Positions 11,983 to 22,900 of a stretch of DNA of 64,000 bases are shown piece by piece (within the stretch, counting starts at the first letter, position 1; every line of letters begins with the position of its first letter). A model generated the notes under the pieces. That model did not search any database. It was given only the letters and a program-made list of their open reading frames with translations, and had not been told where the DNA came from. A program made the position numbers and the translations under genes. Source of the stretch: Octopus sinensis (Eukaryota). The stretch lies in the NCBI RefSeq assembly GCF_006345805.1, contig NC_043022.1, forward strand, positions 20,460,001 through 20,524,000, read 5' to 3'.

Positions 11983-12384
11983 AGAAACATCTTTAAATGA
12001 TTATTCCAGAGCATATTCACCATTTACTTCAATTACTGCTTCCCATTTGCTTGGCAGATGGTCAGATGGCCATTTAAAGATGTTTTTCTTAAATATTGTT
12101 ATTGTTTTTGTTGAAAAAAAGCTGCAATAATTATGCACCAACCCGATATTTAGAGAAAAACAAAACTTGTTTCTTGTAATATACAAACTAGATCTTGTTG
12201 ATTATTTTATAATTAAAGATTAATAATGTTGAAAGATTCTATGTTTTTGTTATTTTGTTCTAGGGCAGCCCTTTTCTTCTTCAAAACCCTCGTACTTTTA
12301 AAGTTGTAGTCCTCAAAGTATGTTAATATTTTACCTGTTTAATGTTCAACTGGCTAGATTCAGCCTCTCATACACACCTTACAT

Positions 12385-13205
12385 CATCGTTTAACGTCCG
12401 CTTTCTATGCTAGCATGGGTTGGACGAATGACAGAGGGATGGTGAACCAGATGGCTGCACCAGGCTTCAATCTTGATCTGGCAGAGTTTCTACAGCTGGA
12501 TGCCCTTTCTAATGCCAACCACTCCGAGAGTGTAGTGGGTGCTTTTACGTGCCAGTCAGGAAGAGGTAGATCCAGGAAAACCTGGGATGAAGTGGTGAAA
12601 CATGACCTTCAAACATTGGGCCTCACCGAGGCAATGACTAGTGACTAGGATCTTTGGAAATATGCTGTGTAACCAGCCCTCTTATGCGTACCTTTCCTTC
12701 CTTGGACACTAAACTCTGCTTGCGAAGACCTGTTGAGGCAAGTGAAATCGAAATCAATTTCCACGACTGGCCTCCATGCTAGTAGCGCGCTAAGAGCACC
12801 ATCCAAACATGTTCGTTGCCAGAGCAGCTAACTGGCTTCCATACTGGTGGCACGTAAAAGCACCATTCGAGTGTGATCGTTACCTGCATCGCCTTACTGG
12901 CACGTGAAAATACATTTGAGCGAAGTTGTTACCAGTGCCACTGGACTGGCTCCTGTGCAGGTGGCACATAAAAAGCAACATTTGAGCATGGCCGTTGCCA
13001 GTACCGCCTGACTGGCCCTTGTGCCAGTGGCTCGTAAAAGCACCCACTACGCTCTCGGAGTGGTTGGTGTTAGGAAGGGCATCCAGCTGTAGAAACTCTG
13101 CCAGATCAGATTGGAGCCTGGTGCAGCCATCTGGTTCGCCAGTCATCAGTCAAACCGTCCAACCCATGCCAGCATGGAAAGCGGGCGTTAAACGATGATG
13201 ATGAT
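12385..13205. mobile_element. Two RTE 3' fragments head-to-head (- 12385-12556, + 12557-13205)
   Basis: + part starts [22 protein letters not shown] and ends aaacgatgatgatgat; - part is the reverse-complemented tail. Confidence 0.78.
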
Positions 13206-13615
13206 TAGTTGAATATTTTTACATCTGCCTTAGGAACGGTAGAGGTTTTGTTTCTTTGTCTGCGGACAAGATATCTCAAGAACCGCTGGATGGGTTTAGA
13301 TTTACCAAAATCACTGTCAGAATGCACTGATCGGCCTGGGGCTACAGTAGAAGTGACTTGCCTGTGTTGCTGCGTAGCAGGACTGAAACAGAAGCCATGT
13401 TTTTTGCAACGCAAATATCTCAACTATACAAACCTCTCTACAACTGTAAATTGTGGTAAATAATTTTTTTTATTACCTCTGCCTTAGCGAAGGTTTTGTT
13501 TACAGTCGTTTTTGTTTGTCCTTGAACAAAATATCTCAAGAACTGCTGGATGGATTCGGATAAACTTCCAGGGATGATTGTCCTCGTGACTGGCACGAAC
13601 TGATTAGATTTGGGG

Positions 13616-14037
13616 GGCGATGTTTCGCTTGTCGTAGCACAAGTTTCCGTCGATTTCCGTAAAAAACTTTTATTTTTTTACATAAGTAATGAGAGCGAAA
13701 GAGACTAAGAGGAGGCGATTTTATGACGAGGAAATTTCTCTTTGAAGTCCCCGTGTGTGTGGGAGACAGACAGTATGTTGTGTAAGTGAAGTGCTTCTGT
13801 TAGTGTGTGCGAAGAGACAGAGAGAGTAATGTGTGAAAGAGAGAGATAACTGAAATTTTTTACTCGGTGTATGTGTATATGTATGTGTGTGTGTGTATGT
13901 ATGGTGTGTGTATGTATCTATGTATGTGTGTGTGTGTATGTGTGTGTGTATGTGTGTATGTATGTATGGCTGATTCAGTGTTTACATTTTTTACGGAAAT
14001 CGACGGAAACGTGTGCTACGACAAGCGAAACTTCGCC
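13616..14037. mobile_element. Foldback/MULE-like element copy A, ~50-bp TIRs, 9-bp TSD, inserted in a Helentron-like element
   Basis: TSD gatttgggg at 13607-13615 and 14038-14046; GG..CC termini. Confidence 0.7.
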
Positions 14038-14094
14038 GATTTGGGGATCGATCTGGTACAAGACAAGGATTCTGGTTATATTTACATGAAGTAT

Positions 14095-15012
14095 GAGGTG
14101 GCGAGCTGGCAGAATCGGTAGCACGCCGGGCGAAATGCTTAGCGGTATTTCGTCTGCCGCTATGTTCTGAGTTCAAATTCCGCCGAGGTCGACTTTACCT
14201 TTCATCCTTTCGGGGTCGATAAATTAAGTACCAGTTACGCACTGGGGTCGATGTAATCGACTTAATACCTATGTCTGTCCTTGTTTGTCCCCTGTGTTTA
14301 GCCCCTTGTGGGTAATAAAGAAATAGGTATTTCGTCTGCCTCTATGTTCTGAGTTCAAATTCTGCCGAGGTCGACTTTGCCTTTCGGGGTCGATTAAATA
14401 AGTACCAGTTACGCACAGGGGTCGATATAATCGACTTAATCCGTTTGTCTGTCCTCTCTGTGTTTAGCCCCTTGTGGGTAATAAAGAAATAGGTATTTCG
14501 TCTGACGTTACGTTCTGAGTTCAAATTCCGCCGAAGTCGACTTTGTCTTTCATCCTTTCTGGGTCGATAAATAAAGTACCAGTTTCGCACTGGGTCGATA
14601 TAATCGACTTAATCCGTTTGTCTGTCCTCTCTGTGTTTAGCCCCTTGTGGGTAATAAAGAAGTAGGTATTTCGTCTGTCGCTACGTTCTGAGTTCAAACT
14701 CCGCCGAGGTCGACTTTGCCTTTCATCCTTTCGGGGTCGATAAATTAAGTACCAGTTACGCACTTGGGTCGATGTAATCGACTTAATACCTATGTCTGTC
14801 CCCTCTGTGTTTAGCCCCTTGTGGGTAATAAAGAAATAGGTATTTCGTCTATCGTTACGTTCTGAGTTCAAATTCCGCCGAAGTCGACTTTGTCTTTCAT
14901 CCTTTCTGGGTCGATAAATAAAGTACCAGTTACGCACAGGGGTCGATATAATCGACTTAATCCCTTTGCCTGTTCCCTCTCTGTTTAGCCCCTTGTGGGC
15001 AGTAACGGAATA
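14095..15012 (+). mobile_element. SINE family B pentamer (1 full + 4 headless units) within one 18-bp TSD
   Basis: TSD tatatttacatgaagtat at 14077-14094 and 15013-15030; junctions at ggtat 14326, 14492, 14665, 14839. Confidence 0.85.
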
Positions 15013-15235
15013 TATATTTACATGAAGTATTACCGTCTCTGATTTGATTATCTCCCTTGAAAAGCACACTCGTTGTTTCCACGTTAATTATGGTGGCGCT
15101 GCTGTTTCCAAAGTTTCATTTTCGTTTTTCTTTTATTAATTTTATTCACGTTTCTATCTTAATAGAGACTGATGGATAAGGAAATCAAACTACGCAAACA
15201 AACGGCAGCAAAACCGTTCAGAAATTAAATAATAC

Positions 15236-15620
15236 GGCGATCTTTCGTCTCTAGTAGACCTTTCCGTCGATTTCCGTAAAATTTTTTTTTTTTTTACATA
15301 TGGGCTTGCGGGAACTTTTGAAGTAATGAGAGCGAAAGAGACGAAGAGAAAGCGATTGTATGACGAGGGAAGTTCTTTTGAAGTTACCGTGTATGGCAAG
15401 CATTGATGTACATGTGTGTGTGTGTGTTTGATGGGGTGTGGGAGACAGACAGTATGTTGTGTAAGTGAAGTGCTTCTGTTAGTGTGTGTGAAGAGACAGA
15501 GAGAGTAATGTGTCTCTTTCGCTCTCATTACTTCAAAAGTTCCCGCAAGCCCATATGTAAAAAAAAAAAAAAATTTTTACGGAAATCGACGGAAAGGTCT
15601 ACTAGAGACGAAAGATCGCC
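15236..15620. mobile_element. Foldback element copy B, ~108-bp near-perfect arms
   Basis: ggcgatctttcgtctctagtagacc... / ...ggtctactagagacgaaagatcgcc; no TSD seen. Confidence 0.7.
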
Positions 15621-16023
15621 TTTTAATTTATCCTCGACAATTTTTAGTGTTGCCAATTTTGAATATATCGCTGCTGTTTTAAAACCTCTTACCTATTTAA
15701 CAATTGCATTTCTATCTCTGCCTTGAAGGAAGCTTTACTTCTTGGACTCACGTTTTTGTGCGCAACGATGTTATTAAACCTCCGTTAACAGCACTGTATG
15801 CAGGTTCTTTCCGTTCATGTAGATCTTTATGGTTGTAAAAACACTATATCAGTGAATAGACTAAAAACGGCCTTCATAGAGAAAATGGCAGACGACACAC
15901 ACACACACAGAGCCTGCTTACCCACCTTCACATTCCATGACTAGCATTGGGGATCGATCCGGTACTGGACAAGGATTCTGGATTATTTTTCCTGTTTTTA
16001 ATTTAATTTTATTATTTTTTTCA

Positions 16024-16363
16024 ATGCGGCCATGCTTTAGTCAAGCAAATCGATCCCAGGGCTTATTCTTTGTAAGCCTAGTACTTATTCTATCGGTCTC
16101 TTTTTGCCGAACCGCTAAGTTACGGGGACGTAAACACACCAGCATCAGTTGTCAAGCGATGTTTGAGGGACAAGCACACACACACACACATATATATATA
16201 CGACTGGCTTCTTTCAGTTTCCGTCTACCAAATCCACTCACAAGGCTTTGGTCGACCCGAGGCTATAGTAGAAGACACTTGCCCAAGGTGCCACACAGTG
16301 GGACTGAAACTGGAACCATGTGGTTGATAAGCAAGCTACTTACCACACAGCCACTCCTGCACC
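16024..16363 (-). mobile_element. SINE family A
   Basis: Same sequence; a more diverged copy follows at ~17085-17450. Confidence 0.8.
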
Positions 16364-16859
16364 TATGTTTAATATCTACCAAAAAGTAGACTTGGTATTT
16401 TCTGCAAGTCATGTTGTCTTGATAAACTTGACATATCTCAACAGAAAATAGTTTCAGACATGACATTCCAGAACAAAAGACAGATTGGTGTATAAAACTA
16501 TTTTCCGTAGTTAAGGATAATGAAATTTGGAATGGATATATCTGATTCCTGCAGTGGAATGGAAGCATGGATTAAAATATTTATATTTCAAGGATGCTAA
16601 CTACTTTCCCTTTTTTTGAAAGCCTCCTCTGGCCCCTGTGCTGGTGGCATGTAAAAAGCACCCACTACACTCACAGAGTGGTTTGTGTTAGGAAGGGCAT
16701 CCAGCTATAGAAACATTGCCGGATCAGACTGGAGCCTGGTGCAGCCTCCTGGCTTCCCAGACCCCGGTCGAACCATCCAACCCATGCTAGCATGGAAAAC
16801 GGATGTTAAACGATGATGATGCAGATGACTAGAAGCAAGACAAAAAAAATAAACTGAAG

Positions 16860-16941
16860 ATTTTCAAAAATATTTATTATGTACAAGGTTGACATTCTTC
16901 TCTGATTTAATTTCATCAAGTGTTGTATTTACAAATGTTAC
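16860..16941 (-). CDS. WDR75: Probable WDR75 terminal exon: G+TAA (stop 16938-16940) followed by a short 3' UTR
   Basis: Acceptor cctaatttctcattttcttatactgcag| with CTAAT branch point; phase 2 gives TCG TAA; AATAAA on - at 16873-16878. Confidence 0.5.
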
Positions 16942-19900
16942 CTGCAGTATAAGAAAATGAGAAATTAGGCAATGCAAACACATTAATTTCATCTCGGTGT
17001 AGTTAGTTGATACAAATTACATTATTAATTATTAAAAAGGTGACGAGCAGGCAGAATCATAAGCACACTGGACAATTTCATCCATTCTTTTGTCATTTGA
17101 CTGTGGCCATGCTGGAGCTCCGCCTTTAGTCAAACAAATCAACCCCAGGACTTATTCTTTGTAATCCTAACACTTATTCTATCAGTCTCTTCTGCTGAAT
17201 CACTAAGTTACGGAGACAAACACGCCAACATCGGTTGTCAAGCAATGGTAGGGGGGACAAACACACACAGATATATAAATATATATATGTAAAAACGACA
17301 GGCTTCTTTCAGTTTCTGTCTACCAAATCCACTCACAAGGCTTTTGTTGGCCCGAGGCTATAATAGAAGACACTCGCCCAAGGTGCCACACAGTGGGACT
17401 GAACCCAGAACCATGTGGTTGGGAAGCAAGCTACTTGCCACTCCTGCACCATCTTTACATTCTGTGTTAAACATTCCAGCGATGTTGTCTTTGTCTTTCA
17501 TCCTTTTCGGGTTGATGAAATAAGTACCAGTTGAACATTGGGGGGTTGATGTAATTACTTTACACCCTCCCCTAAAAAATTGTTGTTGATCTGATTATAT
17601 CCCCCATGATTCAGTGGTTCAGCAAAAGAGACTAATAGAATGAGTTGTAAACTCAAGAAATAAGGAAGCATTGAGCTGGCAGAATCGTTAGTGCACCGGA
17701 CAAAATGCTTGGTGGAATTTCATGTCTTTGAGTTCAAATTCTACCAAAGTCTACTTTGCCTTTTAACTAGTCCCCTCACCGAAAATCTAATGCCTTGTGC
17801 CTATAGAAGAAAGGATTGTTATAGTATGAATGGACCAATTCTGAGGATACACCTGTGAAAATTTAAAGGAAATATAAAATGAGAAAGGGGCTCTCTACCC
17901 CACTTTTGACCAGGCTCCCGTGGCTTTTATGGGTTTTTCCTCGAGTAACCTTTCGAAGCGCCTCCCCCTATTGGGAGTTTTAATTGTTACTTACATTTCG
18001 TTGTTATCCTGCTTTTGTACACGGACCTTTTTTCAAACGGACAAAACCCTTTGTAACTTTCACCCTGTGTTTTGGCCCTTTATGTTTTAATTGATTTTTG
18101 TTAGCCCTTGTGGCCAATAAATGAACGAATTATTATTATTATCAAAGACCAGATATTAGCAGAATTAGAGCATCAGACTTGTCTTGCAGTATTTGTTCAG
18201 GCTCTTGATGTTCTTAGTTCAAATCCCATGGAGGTTAAATTTGTTTTTGTTCTTTTGGAGCCTTAAAGTATTGATCCCATCAAGTAAACCATCCTCTCAA
18301 AATTGTGGGATTTGAAACTTTTTAAAATTTAGGACAGTGGTTGGCGTTAGGAAGGGCATCAAGCTGTAGAAACACTGCCAGATCAGACTGGAGCCTGGTG
18401 CAGTCCTGGCTTCCCAGACCCCGGTCGAACCGTCCAACCCGTGCTAGCGCGGAAAACGGACGTTAAACGATGATGATGATTAGCTATAATTAGCTGGGTC
18501 GGGACAGGAATAGCTGTGTGGTTGAGAAACTGGCTTCCCAAACCACTGTGCAGCACCTTGCACAAATGCTTTCTTCTATAGCCTTGGGCCAACCAAACCT
18601 ATAAGCGGATTTGATAGAGAGATACTGGAAGCCAGTCATATATACAGGGTGGCCCTAAAGTAGTTTACAGTAATTATGTAGGCACTTTAAATTACTTTTA
18701 AAACATTTTATTACATTTACAAACTGAAAAGGAAGCTTGACAAAATGAACTAAATTGACATAGAATAATGGTTTCATATTTTTTTATACTCTCTATATCA
18801 GTGGTTTTCAACCAGGGTTCCGCAAGAAGTTACAAAACTGCTAAAATCGGCAGTAATTTTTAATTCTCCTGTGCAGATATGTGTGCATAAGACTATTAAA
18901 TTATTGCACAGGGGTTCCTTGAGCCAGTGGAATGCTTCCTTGGGGTTCCACTCCAGCAAAAAGTTTGAAAAGCACTGCTCTATATATATAAATGGCAAAA
19001 TGTCTGTTTGTGTGTGTCCTTTATACAAATCCTCAATTTTTTAGTTAGAGGGCTCGCACTTTCTATGGTCATTCAAAACCGACCAAGGATGGTCATGCAC
19101 ATCTGATCCAAAACCCAATCAAAATGCCCAAAACTTGATACATCAATTGAATGCCAGCTAGCTGCATGTGTTTGGTCGGAGATTTGGACAGTACTCGCGT
19201 GTATGTGCGCATGCACGCACTAGCACTATGACCCGGCAACACCTAAGAGCTAAACTGTTAATATATGAATGTGAAAGAGATAGTTGAATAACTGTAAATC
19301 TACTTTTGGGCCAGCCTGTTTATGTATCCTACAACCTTATTTGTTTATGCCTCCTAGCAAATAGATTGAGAACATATGTACCAGGGTAGATATGATCGAC
19401 TAAGCAGCTTCGAAGTGGCACCCCCAGCATGGCCACAGTGCAATGAGTGCAACCAGTAAAAGAACAAAACTAAACAATATACTTACGAATCTCTTGGAGC
19501 AAGTAAACTCTGAATGAATCTTCCGGTAAATGAAGCAACAGGAGGGCAAACAGCAGCAGGAATATTAATTAGCTGTAAGAATTTGAGGAAAAAAATGGAA
19601 AAAAAAAAATAAAAAAATAAATAAATAAAATTCAATGTTTGAGACAAACAGTTATTAAAATTACATTTAAAGGGGAAATAGGCGCAGGAGTGGCTGTGTG
19701 GTAAGTAGCTTGTTTACCAACCACATGGTTCCGGGTTCAGTCCCACTGCATGGTACCTTGGGCAAGTGTCTTCTACTATAGCCTCGGGCCGACCAAAGCC
19801 TTGTGAGTGAATTTGGTAGACGGAAACTGAAAGAAGCCTGTTGTATATATGTATATATATATGCATGTGTGTGTTTGTGTTTGTCCCCCTAGCATTGCTT

Positions 19901-22900
19901 GACAACTGATGCTGGTGTGTTTATGTCCCCGTTACTTAACGGTTCGGCAAAAGAGACCGATAGAATAAGTACTGGGCTTACAAAAGAATAAGTCCCGGGG
20001 TCGAGTTGCTCAATTAAAGGCGGTGCTCCAGCATGGCCGCAGTCAAATGACTGAAACAAGTAAAAGAGTAAAGAGTAGCAAGCCGAGCAACATGGATAGC
20101 CATCGTTTTGTCTGTCTGTATGTTGTAAGTTCAAATTCCGCTAAGGGCCAACTTGTCCTTTCGGGGTTGATAAAATAAGCACCACTTGAGCACTGGGATT
20201 GATCTAATTAACTTATCCCATCCCCTAAAATTGCTGCCCTTGTGCCAAAATTTGAAACTAATGTTACATTCAAAAGCAGCAAGCTAGCAGGACCATTCCT
20301 GTGCTAAGTAGCATTTTGTTTGTCTTTTACATTCTGAGTTCAAATTCTGCCATGGTTGGCTTCTCCCTTTCATCCTTTCGGGGGTTGATAAAACAGGTAC
20401 CAGTTGATCACTGGAGTCGATGTGAGCAACTAGCCCCATTCCCCCAAAATTGCTGACCTTGTGCCAAAATTTGAAATCAACAATTATTATTATGGGCACA
20501 TGTGTGGCTGTGTGGTAAGAAGCTTGATTCCCAACCACATGGTTCTGGGTTCAAGTCCCACTGCATGGCACCTTGGGCAAGTTTCTTCTATTATAGCTTC
20601 AGGTCAACCAAAGCCTTGTGAGTGGATTTGGTAGAGGGAAACTGAGAGAATCCCTCTACCAGGGTATTTTCAAGTTAAAGGAAAGATGGAGAGGCATTGG
20701 GCAACAAAATGGTTCATATTTGGTTGATTAAAAATGTAATGGCAAGTATTTATTGACGTTTATCTTTCCTTTAAAAACCGGCACAAACTTTCCGGACGAC
20801 CCAATAGTTTCAAAAAGAATAGGGAGAATGAGAGGAATAAGGGAGAGACAAGAAACTGTAAAATAAATTAGAAAAAAAAAAAAGAAATGATGGTGGGAGA
20901 CACTCAGATATACTCAACCATCCTGACACAAAACAAGAAGCTACACATACAAACACTACTCTAGTCATGGCATCAAAAATGCTTTATAAATTCTGATATA
21001 GACTTGTGTAGCAAAACACTTGGTCCTGTCCATCTTTCCTACTTTAGCCTCTCAGTACCTGGCATAAAGCCACCTTTTTCTCTACTATGCTCCTATTCAG
21101 TTTATAATAAACTAGCAGCTGAGCCCGGTTTCACCCGGTCTGTTTGGATGATGTGGCTGTGATCGTTTTCGTTTAGGTATAATCTATAAGTGTTTCTCAA
21201 CCATATCATTTCGGGTTCCCTTGTTTCAATTGGAGCCTCCCCCTTGTCAGAAAACCGCTTCAGGAGTTGTGAAGAAAGAATTTGTACGTAGCCTGTTTCT
21301 GAGAGCTAGTCTATTGAATCTCTGTCTAATCATTAAAACATTGATTTGAAATGGATGTGTGTGTGCTTGCATGTGTGAATGTGAGAGAGAAGAAGAGAGA
21401 CAGCATAGCGAAAGTTTTGGCTGACTGTCATCCTGTACTCAGGACATCCCTTGTTGCTAGCGAAATGGTATATGCCGGCTGTGTGAGCAACTGATTGTTT
21501 CAATGGCGGAACAAACAGGGAAATTCCATTAGTAAAAGTTTCAATCAATTTTCTCGGTAAGTATGGGGGCTAGGAAAAAAATACAAACCACATTCCAATG
21601 TATGCACCCGTCTGCACATGTGTGCCATTTTGCATGCGAATCCACCCAGCCGTTTGGCTGTGAACCTCAAGACAAGAAAGAATACAACGATTGCCCACGT
21701 CCAATTTATATTATAGACAAAATCGAAATCGATCAATGGAAATTGCAGATGTGTTACCAGTGCCAGTGGCATGTAAGAGATCCTTCCGTTTCGCGACCGT
21801 TGCCAGCCTCGCCTGGCCCTCGTGCCAGTGGCACATAAAAAGCACCATCCGTTCGTCAGCTCTGTCTGGCACCTGTGCGGGTGGCACGTAAAAAGCACCC
21901 ACTACACTCACGGAGTGGTTGGCGTTAAGAAGGGCATCCAGCCGTAGAAACACTGCCAGATGTGACTGGGCCTGATGAAGCCTTCTGGCTTCACAGACCC
22001 CAGTAGAACCGTCCAACCCATGCTAGCATGGAAAACGGACGCTAAACGATGATGATGATGATGATGATGATGAAAACACAACATACCTCTCGTAGTAAAG
22101 GTGACGAATATGAAGGTTGATTGGCCGAAGTTTCCATTGGTTCTGGTTGTTTTTCAAGTTTTCTGCGTTTGCCAATAATTAAACCGAATTCGTTTTCAGG
22201 AAGGTTCTCTGGAATTGTCATCTAGTAAAGAAACAAAAATCATTGTATTATGATTGAACGGTTTAAGAGGTTTGTTTTGCAACCAAGAGGTCCATAGTTT
22301 GGTCCTACTTTATGGCACCTCAGCAAAGTAAGTAATTTTTACCACAACTTCCAGAAATCTTTATATATAAAAGTGAAGTTGTGTGTCTGTCTCCTACGAT
22401 TTAGATTCCTAACTACTCCCACATTTTGCGGTGCAGTTTAACCAGTATCTTATAGTCGTGATTCATATCGAGCCCTTCTGGGTATTAGCGCGCGTCTACA
22501 ATGAGTCTATGATTTAAAAAAAATTTTTTTACCATAATTTTTTTCCATTTTAATGCATTTTTTCACTATATAAGGGAAGTAACTCTCTAAAAATGTCTAC
22601 GATAAGTCAACGATTTAAAAAAAAATTTACCATCATTTTCTTCCCATTTTTTTGGCTATAACTCTCTAAAAATGCTTATATAGTTATTTCCCTTACAAAC
22701 CCAAGCAACGCCGGGTGATACTGCAAGTAAGTTATAAGTTATGTAGAAGCCCATCAGACAGACTGAATGTGTAAATGAGTGACCCAAACTCTGTTACATG
22801 GCTTGGACAACCAGAATGTTTACAATGTGCCTATGTGTGGAGGCAGTGTGGTAAGAAGTTTGCTTCCCGATCACATGGTTCTGGGTTAGGTCCCACTGTG

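Larger units (their letters stand above)
10923..12148. mobile_element. Tc1/mariner-type MITE hosting the nested SINE B and CR1
   Basis: TA-bounded TIRs tattgggtcggtgcaataatcattgcagctttt / aaaagctgcaataattatgcaccaacccgata. Confidence 0.75.

Noticed and set aside
16263-16568. 101-aa minus ORF as the WDR75 last exon
   Set aside because: Overlaps a repeat similar to 61980-62065 and runs into a SINE; no similarity to WDR75
21333-21548. Candidate WDR75 exon LLTQPAYTIS after an AG at ~21491
   Set aside because: Hits a stop with no good donor; 19487-19572 matches the orthologue better and has canonical sites
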